A DNA stretch of 32,000 nucleotides from Acaryochloris thomasi RCC1774 (GTDB taxonomy: Bacteria; Cyanobacteriota; Cyanobacteriia; Thermosynechococcales; Thermosynechococcaceae), in assembly GCF_003231495.1 (NCBI RefSeq), contig NZ_PQWO01000013.1:136901-168900 (forward strand), written 5' to 3'. The notes below the pieces were generated by a model. The model ran no database searches. It saw only the letters and a list, made by a program, of their open reading frames with translations, and was not told the origin of the DNA. The translations under genes were made by a program, and so were the position numbers. This document shows, in pieces, positions 1 to 8,100 of this stretch; within the stretch, counting starts at the first letter, position 1; every line of letters starts with the position of its first letter.

Positions 1-915
1 AGCTGGCTAGTGATTTCAGCGACGCCATCACCGTCAGCGTCGACAGGTGTTTCTAGCGCGTCTCTGAGCAGGAAGTTATTTTTCCATGGACCTGCACCTT
101 CAGCGTATCGTTGACTGATCACCTGCAAAAATTCAGGGTTATCGAGGTCGCTGTAGAGCGTGTCCTCAGACAGCGGATTTTCAGCAGCATCAAGGAATTC
201 CTGGCCATAGATTTCCACTAGATTATTGCGCTGCTGCACATTAAAGCGGATATCAAAAGGCACCGAGAACGTCTCATCAGGATTTGCGCCATCGGTGGCA
301 TTTCCATAGAGCTGCACGAGGGGAATATCACCAAGATCTTCGGCATCCAGCATCGCTTGAAGTTCGATCAGGTTCTGAAATTCAAAGGATTGAATAAAGA
401 TCCGATTGGGGTCAGTAAAGCCAGTTTCTTGGAGTGTATCAATGAGTTTCTCCTCTAAAGAAAGTCCCTGGAGATCAAAGAAGGTAGGATGCTTTGTTTC
501 AGGGTAGATACCCACGGCTCGGCCAGTCTCAGCCTCAACTTCTTGAACTAGCTCAATAACTTCCTGGAACGTGGGAATTTCGAAGGCATCATTGAAATCT
601 TGAGAGCGGAAATTGCGGGACTGAACGGCACGAAGCTGCTTGATCTCAGCGAGGGTAAAATCCTCAGCGAAGTAAGCTGTTGTTTCAACGCCATCCAGAA
701 ACTTTGTAGACATCCGTTCAGAACCGAAGACCTCAGCGACGTTGGTGGTGTCGTCCAGGATCGGTTCATGACGGGCAATGAGAACACCGTCTTTGGTGCT
801 GACCAAATCTGGTTCGATGAAGTCTGCGCCTTGTGCGATCGCAACTCGATAAGCCTCAAGCGTATGCTCAGGCAAAACACCGCTAGCTCCCCGGTGACCA
901 ATCACAATGGGATCT
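1..915 (-). other. Glycerophosphodiester phosphodiesterase (GlpQ/UgpQ, GDPD) domain, truncated by the window edge
   Basis: PIVIGHRGASGVLPEHTLEAYRVAIAQGADFIEPDLVSTKDGVLIARHEP (translated by hand from 781-910) closely parallels the E. coli GlpQ N-terminal catalytic block HRGASGYLPEHT...GADYLEQDLVMTKD. Confidence 0.85.
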
Positions 916-3900
916 TGACTATTAAGCGTATTGAGTTCTACTGGATTGGGGGTCGGAATCGGGGCATCCAACAACGTCCCGTTCGCACCAAAGTGGAGCA
1001 GATAGGGACCAAACTCATCACCGACGTAGATGTCACCATTGCTGCCAATGACGAAGGATTCAATATCAAAGTCAGCCCCGGTGAGCAAACGCTCGGTCGT
1101 GTCTCCGTTTTGGATATCGAAGGGAATCAGGCCATTGGGATCGCTGAGCTGAATAAAATCTTCAATCTCAACACTGCCGTCGCCCCCTTCAGAACCGACA
1201 AAACTGGGGTCAGCCCTATAGAGTCTGAGAAGGTAATCAGCACTGTTTTCTTGAGCGCCGAAACCATTGTCAGACAAAAACCAGAAGCTGCCGTCTCTGT
1301 CAGCAAACTGAACACCACTAAAGCCCTGGACAGGCTGCCCTTCAAAAGGACCGGTGCGGCCATTAGCATCAATAGGGTTACCCTCACCGTCATCGTTTCC
1401 GGCAGGTGGCCCTTCAGCAAAGGTATCGGCAGGCAGGGAAGCAAAGCCAACCAACTCCGAGCTCGGCGCGTCGGGTGCCACTCCAAACAGCGTTTGATAT
1501 GCCACCCGATAAATATCAGTGTTGTCTGTCGTGGCTGGCAGTAGGTCTGCGTTTAGACCATAGGTTTTGGAGACAATCCCTCCGTTAACGTCAGAATCAG
1601 TAGCCCAGGCAACGCCAAACTCAAACGTATCGCCGTTCGCATCAGGAGCCCCAGTCACAAATGGTTCAAAGATATCAGTGCTGAAACCAGGCACGTCATT
1701 GCTACCGTCAACATCATCGACTTGGACCAGTGTGCCGTCGGCTTCATCACCAAAGGCAGCCAATTCGGCTTGAGTCCGAAGTGTTAGCCCAGAATCAGGC
1801 AGCTCTGGATCAAGTCCAAATCCATCAATAGGCACATCATCAACCTCTAGCCCCCCTGCGTCAGAATCTGCAGCCGTAATCACCAAGGTGTTGGGATCAG
1901 TATTATCAACAAAATCAAGAGCAACACCAATTGCCTCATCCGCACGCAGGGCTGCTTCAATGGTGCCGGCAGCATTGTTATCGTTACCAAAGTTGTCTGT
2001 TCCTTCTTCTTCCAAAGCTAAGAAGAAACCATCAGGATCGCGGTCTAGAATGGGCAGCGCCACCTGGAGCATCTCAGCAACAGTAGGTGGATTGGGATTT
2101 AGGGGCGGCTGACCGTAAAGGATTAAATCGCCATTCTCATCCACCAATCCATCTCGCCGCAGTTCGTCCTCAGAAAAGTCGTTATAGGTATCTTCAGCAG
2201 CAAAGATGCCTAACAGGCGATCGGTGGTAGTAGAATCAACGGCCAGCAGTTCCTCGCGGTCAAAAACAACTGTATAACCTGCTGCTTCAGCTTCTTCAAT
2301 CAGGTTGCGGCCGTCAGTACGCGTCCCTTCTTCGCCAAAAACACCAGTGGTTCCAACTGGCAGGTAATCGGTTTCACCGGCCCCAAGGATCACATCTGGT
2401 CGCTGATCCAAGATTTCAGCGGTAATTTCCTCCGTTTGGCCCCGATTGTCCACATCAGCCAGAAAGACGCCGGTTCCGGGTTCAGCAATAAAGCCAGAGT
2501 TAATGATACCGACTGCTTTTCCTGCGGCCTGGGCCTCTTGGGCAATGGTGGCATTCTGACCAGAGAGCGCAGTAATCTCTTGACCTCCTTCATCAACCGG
2601 CGCATCAAACCCAAAACTGCCCGAAAAGGGTTTAACACCGTAGGCGTGAACAACAGCCCCAGCGTTTGATGTAGAAACTAGACGATCTTCAATATGGCCT
2701 AGATAAACGCCCGCGTTACTCAACTGATCCCAATTCAGGCGACCATCAGTCCCTTTGGATGCAAGCCTTGCCGCCGCATAGTGGGAAGGACTGGTTCCGT
2801 CCGGATGAATGAAAATCACATTGCCAGTATCGGACGTCGGTTCTGGCGCTTCACGAGGCACGAGATCATCAGGCACGCCCTCTGGTGCATCTAAACGAAC
2901 ATCAAACAGACTCTCGTAGATTAATCGATAAATGGTTGTGTTATCGAGAGTTGCAGGTAGGCGCTCAGCCCCTTCCCCGTAAGCCTTAGAAACAATACTG
3001 CCCGCGAAGTCCGGTAGGCCTGCCCAAGCAACACCGAATTCATAGCTGTTGCCGTTGGCATCAGGAGCACTGACAAAGGGTGCGGTATCACTGCCAGTAG
3101 TCCCATCCAGCGGAACTGTAATACCGCTATCTTCTCCTGCTTCGTCCAACTGTGGCTGGGTGGTGGTGGTTCCCACCGTCGGACCGGAAACATCATCAAT
3201 CTCTAAAGCGCCTCCCGCACTGTCGGCAGCGGTGACGACAAAGGTATTAGAGTTGACGTTCTCAATAAAATCTCGGGCTACCCCAATAGCAGCATCGGCT
3301 CTTAAGGTGGCATCAATTGTGCCGCGGGCATTGTTATTGTTGCCGAAGTTGTCTGTGCCTTCTTCTTCGAGAACAATGAAAAAACCATCTTCTTCTTGAC
3401 TAAAGAGATCAAGATTGAGTGTTGCCTGCAGCATCTCGGCCACAGTGGGCGGATTGGGGTTAATGGGTGGCTGACCGTAGGTAATCAGTTCACCGTTTTC
3501 ATCGACAAGACCATCTTCAATGAGTTGTCCTTCGGGCACATCGTTGTAGGTATCATCGGCAGCAAACACACCCAAAACTCGCTCGGTATCTGCTGGAAGG
3601 CTTTCCAACTGCTCATGAGTGTAGACAACGGTGTAACCCAGTGCCTCTGCTTCTTCAATCAAGTTACGACCATCGGTGCGGGTCCCTTCTTGGCCGAAGA
3701 AACCAGTCGTTCCGATGGGTAAATAATCAATTTCACCCGCAGCCATGATTACGTTCACGCCAGATTCCAAAACCTGGGCGGTGATGCCCTCGCGATCGCT
3801 ACGGCTCTCAGCATCAGCCAGAAAAACACCCGTCCCAGGCTCAGCAACGAAACCTGAGTTAATGACGGCTGTCGGACGACCCGCAACAATGGCCTCTTCC

Positions 3901-4208
3901 AGCGCGGTTGCATTTGGAGCCGAACCAGCAACATTCTGCCCCTGTAAGGCAGCTAGAGACTGGTATTCATCACCATTTTCATCAAAGCCAAAGCTGGGAG
4001 CCACGGCCTTGATGCCGTAGGCGTGAACCACAGCGCCTGCATTAGACGTTGCCACAACCTGATCATCCAGATGCCCAAGATAGACACCAGCAGCAGGGGC
4101 TTCATCCCAATTCAAGCGACCATCGGGGCCCACTGATTCAAAACGGGCGGCTGCAAAGTGGGACGGGTCCGCACCATCTGGATGGATAAAAATGACATTA
4201 CTCGTCAT
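1..4208 (-). CDS. Giant multidomain exo-phosphoesterase, N-terminal 1402 aa only (gene runs off the left edge): 2 tandem alkaline-phosphatase-like domains + phytase-like domain + GlpQ-type glycerophosphodiester phosphodiesterase
   Basis: Absent from the ORF track because the frame never closes inside the window. Hand translation of the minus strand from ATG 4208-4206 gives MTSNVIFIHPDGADPSHFAAARFESVGPDGRLNWDEAPAAGVYLGHLDDQVVATSNAGAVVHAYGIK. The segments I translated (about 4020-4208, 3000-3400, 1441-1560, 780-910 and 1-60) are all in one open frame, ending ...RDALETPVDADGDGVAEITSQL at base 1 (4208 nt = 1402 codons + 2 nt). A GAGGTGA Shine-Dalgarno-like motif lies about 7 nt upstream of the ATG. 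The minus-strand ORFs listed in this span (548-901, 1127-1486, 2390-2653, 2921-3199) are all in a different frame. Confidence 0.93.
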   Translation of the reverse strand, partial: MTSNVIFIHPDGADPSHFAAARFESVGPDGRLNWDEAPAAGVYLGHLDDQVVATSNAGAVVHAYGIKAVAPSFGFDENGDEYQSLAALQGQNVAGSAPNATALEEAIVAGRPTAVINSGFVAEPGTGVFLADAESRSDREGITAQVLESGVNVIMAAGEIDYLPIGTTGFFGQEGTRTDGRNLIEEAEALGYTVVYTHEQLESLPADTERVLGVFAADDTYNDVPEGQLIEDGLVDENGELITYGQPPINPNPPTVAEMLQATLNLDLFSQEEDGFFIVLEEEGTDNFGNNNNARGTIDATLRADAAIGVARDFIENVNSNTFVVTAADSAGGALEIDDVSGPTVGTTTTQPQLDEAGEDSGITVPLDGTTGSDTAPFVSAPDANGNSYEFGVAWAGLPDFAGSIVSKAYGEGAERLPATLDNTTIYRLIYESLFDVRLDAPEGVPDDLVPREAPEPTSDTGNVIFIHPDGTSPSHYAAARLASKGTDGRLNWDQLSNAGVYLGHIEDRLVSTSNAGAVVHAYGVKPFSGSFGFDAPVDEGGQEITALSGQNATIAQEAQAAGKAVGIINSGFIAEPGTGVFLADVDNRGQTEEITAEILDQRPDVILGAGETDYLPVGTTGVFGEEGTRTDGRNLIEEAEAAGYTVVFDREELLAVDSTTTDRLLGIFAAEDTYNDFSEDELRRDGLVDENGDLILYGQPPLNPNPPTVAEMLQVALPILDRDPDGFFLALEEEGTDNFGNDNNAAGTIEAALRADEAIGVALDFVDNTDPNTLVITAADSDAGGLEVDDVPIDGFGLDPELPDSGLTLRTQAELAAFGDEADGTLVQVDDVDGSNDVPGFSTDIFEPFVTGAPDANGDTFEFGVAWATDSDVNGGIVSKTYGLNADLLPATTDNTDIYRVAYQTLFGVAPDAPSSELVGFASLPADTFAEGPPAGNDDGEGNPIDANGRTGPFEGQPVQGFSGVQFADRDGSFWFLSDNGFGAQENSADYLLRLYRADPSFVGSEGGDGSVEIEDFIQLSDPNGLIPFDIQNGDTTERLLTGADFDIESFVIGSNGDIYVGDEFGPYLLHFGANGTLLDAPIPTPNPVELNTLNSQDPIVIGHRGASGVLPEHTLEAYRVAIAQGADFIEPDLVSTKDGVLIARHEPILDDTTNVAEVFGSERMSTKFLDGVETTAYFAEDFTLAEIKQLRAVQSRNFRSQDFNDAFEIPTFQEVIELVQEVEAETGRAVGIYPETKHPTFFDLQGLSLEEKLIDTLQETGFTDPNRIFIQSFEFQNLIELQAMLDAEDLGDIPLVQLYGNATDGANPDETFSVPFDIRFNVQQRNNLVEIYGQEFLDAAENPLSEDTLYSDLDNPEFLQVISQRYAEGAGPWKNNFLLRDALETPVDADGDGVAEITSQ
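930..1480 (-). other. Phytase-like domain (esterase-like activity of phytase, PF13449-type)
   Basis: GQPVQGFSGVQFADRDGSFWFLSDNGFGAQENSADYLLRLY and DFDIESFVIGSNGDIYVGDEFGPYLLHFGANGTL, placed directly N-terminal of a GDPD domain as in many bacterial GDPD proteins. Recognised from memory of the family. Confidence 0.6.
1495..2830 (-). other. Alkaline-phosphatase-like domain 2 (tandem duplicate of domain 1)
   Basis: Same motif series: NVIFIHPDGTSPSHYAAAR, VSTSNAGAVVHAYGVK, PPTVAEMLQVALPIL, GFFLALEEEGTDNFGNDNNA, NTLVITAADSDAGG, GGIVSKTYGLNA. At DNA level the string ggctgaccgta occurs at 2107-2117 and 3469-3479, a 1362-bp (454-codon) register. Confidence 0.75.
2895..4208 (-). other. Alkaline-phosphatase-like domain 1 (PhoA/PF00245-like fold, non-canonical metal ligands)
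   Basis: By-eye colinearity with E. coli PhoA blocks: IFIHPDGA (D51 block), ATSNAGAVVHAYGIK (DSAASATA nucleophile block), PPTVAEMLQATLNL, DGFFIVLEEEGTDNFGNNNNA (EGxxIDxxxH block), NTFVVTAADSAGG (TADHAH block), GSIVSKAYGEGA. Borders approximate. Confidence 0.75.
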
Positions 4209-4506
4209 AGTCTTCACCTCAATCGGAGAACTAATACTCTGGGCTTATTACTAAAAGCGAAACGGACAACAGCTTTCCAAAATCACATTAAAAACTGCGA
4301 AAAGGCACTCTCAAGAGAAGAAAAAACAATATCTAAAACAAAAATTCCCAACTACATCAACTGCATCAAAGAAGAGAATCAATCATGAAATACGTGCTAA
4401 AAATGCTACGCAAAATCCAAACTCATTAAACAGGATCAAGAGATACGTAAAAATACAAGTACTCTCATATCCCTAATAAGCATAGTCTCACCATCACAGC
4501 GAAAAC

Positions 4507-4547
4507 AGGTTAAAGTCTAGTTCAAAAACCACTAAGATAAAATTAAA
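4507..4547 (-). promoter_or_regulatory. Candidate Pho box (SphR/PhoB site): four 8-bp units at exact 11-bp spacing
   Basis: Minus strand reads TTTAATTT(4547-4540) n3 CTTAGTGG(4536-4529) n3 TTGAACTA(4525-4518) n3 TTTAACCT(4514-4507). Units 1 and 4 match the cyanobacterial Pho-box unit PyTTAAPyPy(T/A) perfectly; units 2 and 3 carry core mismatches. It lies about 300-340 bp upstream of the ATG at 4208, in the gene's orientation. Confidence 0.35.
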
Positions 4548-4822
4548 TTCATAATGACACGTAGATGTATTCATAAAAACTATTTTTCATAAATTCTGTT
4601 TTTTAAGTATCTTCATTTATACAAAAAGCCATCATCTAAAAAAAGATAACGGATTTCAGCAAGAAGGAGAAATAGACTACATTTCTAGTTCGGTACACAA
4701 ATGAGTATTTATTTTTCATCTAATTTCTCTCAAGCTCAACCTCAGATTTCAGCTTAAACATCAGTTTTTTTTCTACCAACAACTCATAAGTGGTTGGCTA
4801 TTAAAACCAAGTTAGAGGCAAT

Positions 4823-4852
4823 CTACTGGAGAGCATGTTTGCTCTCCAGTAG
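4823..4852 (-). terminator. Perfect 13-bp stem / 4-nt loop hairpin, possible terminator of the 2439-aa gene
   Basis: ctactggagagca-tgtt-tgctctccagtag (4823-4835 / 4840-4852), the only strong GC-containing hairpin in the AT-rich spacer, about 350 nt downstream of the stop at 5200. No immediate U-tract on either strand. Confidence 0.35.
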
Positions 4853-5199
4853 CCTTCCGCAACAAATTAATATGCCAATCTTTCAGAGAATAATATTGCT
4901 ATATGCTTTATCAGGAGTAATAGTTAAATTAAATTCAGTGCTATGCAAAAACAGCCGATCATTTTCATTTAACTCAAGTCAAAAGGAATACTTTCATAAA
5001 AACCGACATCCACCTAATTGATCAGGCGAATTAACAACTACCTAAGGCCAGATGAATAAGAGTTTAAGAATTAGTTTCATCAAGCTGACACTAGAAGCAA
5101 TCACAAAGACTACTATTGAAATTTCATCAATTCAGACTTCTTAGAAATTCAGAAAGACATTGAGATAATACGCAGCACTGCTTCGAGGGCAGTTGACGA

Positions 5200-8100
5200 T
5201 TAAACTACGGATGAGAAGGTTTGAAAGGTCAAATCTTCTACCTCCGCAGCGACATTACTCAACACGGCAAGTTGCTGATTCTCCTCCTCAAAAACAATCA
5301 GGGTATTGCCGCCTTGAATGGAGACCCCGAGCTGATCAACGGTCAACCCATCCGATAGCCCCAGAGCATCTTGCCCCATCTCGAAGTCACGAATGAAATC
5401 TCGACCTTGACCGACTTCTAGAACAAACAGATCAGCGCCACGTCCTCCAGAGAGCAGATCACGGCCCGACCCGCCAATCAGCGTATCAGCCCCAAGGTTG
5501 CCTGCAATTTGGTCACGGTCTGCGCCTCCTGATAACAAGTCAGCTCCCCTGCCGCCAAGGATAAAATCGTTACCATTACCGCCCTCGATAACATCATCAC
5601 CGCGTCTGCCATCCAGTCGGTCAAAGCCGTTGCCGCCCAATAGAGTATCGTGGCCTGCTCCTCCTCGAATATTGTCGGAGCCATTATTGCCTAACAGGAA
5701 ATCATCACCCAACAGCCCTCGGATCACGTCGTTACCGTTCAGCCCCTCGATGGCATCTGATTCAGCAGTTCCGATCAGCACGTCGCTGAAGTTGGTGCCG
5801 GTAATCTCATTCACCTGAGGGGCATCGATCACCGTATCCTCACGGAAGTTGAGGTTCTGGATGCGAGTGTCTTCTGCTGGATCCGTTTCTGCGTCGCTGA
5901 AGGCAGGCGTCGTCGCATCATCGTCCGCCGGGAAGTTAGTGGCCAAGTACTCAGCAAGCACATCTTGCTCGGTGCCTGGATCGGCGAAGGTTGCAGCGCC
6001 AGCATCGGTCAATACATCAGGAAGATCAACACGATTAGCCTCTGGACCTGTGGGGAACGGATATCCGTCACCACCATCGGCAAGGAAATTCAGGGTCACA
6101 ATGCGGAAAGTGCGGCTGGTCTCGCCCACCAGCTCTCCGCCTTGAACCACGGTGTCGATATCGTTGCCGTCTGCATCTGTGATCGTAAGAGACTGTACTC
6201 TATCGCCAGGGTCAGCATCGGGATCGAAGCTAAATTGAACCCCAGAAATCTGAGAAAACTGACCGGGTGTAGCGCCTTCTTCAGTGGCCGCAACGCTGTG
6301 CTCAACTACCTCTAGTAGCTGATCAGCCGTCAAGGTCAGCAGCGTCAGGCTGTTGTTGAAGCGGAGAGAATTATCGATATCTAGCTGAGAAATTTGACCT
6401 TCTTCCTTGCCCGAAACAGGGTTAGCCTGTGGCGGTAACTCCTTACCGTCGGCGTCGATTTCGCCGATGGGTGCCCGAATCCCGCCGCCGTTCTTAAGAG
6501 AAAGAACAACGGTCTCGTCAAAGGCCTGTGCCGCTGCAAGGTTGGCATCGGCAGTCAAGTTTCCAATATTGGTCTCTTCGGTGCGGACGCTCTCTCGCCG
6601 ACCGTCGATAAAGACATCGGTTTGACCAAAGACGTTGCCGTCTTGCTCTGCTACGACATCCGAGACGGCATTGGTAAGCTGCTGAACTCCGGTGGCTTTT
6701 GTCGAAGATGCGATGGCCGAAGGCCGGCCTTCGGCCATCGCATCTTCGACACCCTCAGTCCCGTATACCTCATTGACCACCTCATCTGTGGTGGCATAGG
6801 CGCCACTCACCTCAGAATCAACGCTATCGGTAATCACGTTACCTTCAGCATCAAACTCTAAAACCAGACGACCCACATAGCTATATTCACCGTCTGTACT
6901 GACGATCAGCACAGGGTTGCCGTTGGCATCGGTGGTCTCAAAGGGATAGTCCCCATCAGCTACATCGCCGGGTCGGAGCGTATCTGTTGCATCGGCCAAG
7001 AGCGTATCGGAGCCGCCGGCAATAATCACATCCACACCGTCTAAAAGACCCGCTAACTCCTGCTCCAGTGCAATTTGCTGCAGGTGAGAGACCAAGACGA
7101 TCTTGTTGATGCCCAGGTCACGGAGGCGATCCACCTCGGGCTGTAGGGTCTCCGCTAGGGCCACCATGTTGTTCTCTTGGGGACCAATGACGGTTGTGCC
7201 CGTGGGTGAAGAAATACTGTCCAGAATCTGGGTGGTGGCACCAATGACGCCGATTTGTTCACCACCTTCGTCAATAATCGTCGAGGGAGCAATCTTCGGT
7301 ACTTCAGTCCCTGCAAGGGATTGCTCCGGCCCCGTGCGGAAGTCTGTATTCGTCAGGATCTCATTGGTGAACAGCTCACTAAGCACTTCATCACCGGAGA
7401 AATCAAGGTTTGCTGAGAGGTAAGGGAATAGAGCGCCGACATTGCGATCGTCTTCAAGACCTGGATCTCTGAAATCAGGCGCAATGATATCGGCCAGGGT
7501 ATCCGAACCGAGGTCAAATTCGTGGTTACCGATTGCTGAGGCATCGAAACCTATCAGGTTCATGATCGCGATATCGACTCGGCCACCGCCTTCGCGCAAA
7601 CCAGCGTAGAAATCTTCAATCGCATCGCCATCCACATCCGCCGGCAAGTTGAAGAGGCCGTTGTAGAGGTCGTTAAAGATGCCGCTATCTCGGAACGCAG
7701 CCTGATCGCCTGCGGCATTAAAGAAGGGACCGGCGAGATAGTTATCGCCTGCCGAAAGCGTGATGGAGTTCTCAAACTGATCTTCAAAATTATCAATGAG
7801 AGCCGCAAAATTGGGGGCGCGCCCAATGGCATCGACTCCCCCCTCTAAATCCGATGCATGGAGAATCTGCAGCGTGAAGTTACTGGCTGGTGCATCAGTG
7901 CCGATATTCAAGCGACTCACAAGAGGTTCGTGGTCACTGGCGACCACCGTATCGTTAAATTCAATTGCATTATCGTCACGGGTAAAGTCGTTATTAACGT
8001 GAACAATGTCAAATTTCGCCTCTGGGAGTAGCGAATCGCTGACAAACGAGTGGTCCAGGACCTGACTGTTGCCATCGAAAATGAAGGTTGAGGCATCTCC

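Noticed and set aside
600-1544. 314-aa plus-strand ORF, the longest listed ORF in the first 4 kb
   Set aside because: It is antisense to the open minus-strand frame, which carries strong GDPD (HRGASGVLPEHT) and phytase-like motifs. Its own translation has no recognisable motifs, so I treat it as a shadow ORF of a long gene.
4158-5021. ORFs 4158-4388 (+) and 4794-5021 (+) in the AT-rich spacer
   Set aside because: They are Lys/Asn/Ile-rich translations typical of AT-rich non-coding DNA. The first overlaps the start of the 1-4208 gene. Neither has a ribosome-binding site or a family resemblance.
5498-5818. P/S-rich repetitive 106-aa plus-strand ORF
   Set aside because: It is the antisense reading of the RTX nonapeptide repeats; its periodicity is inherited from the minus-strand gene.
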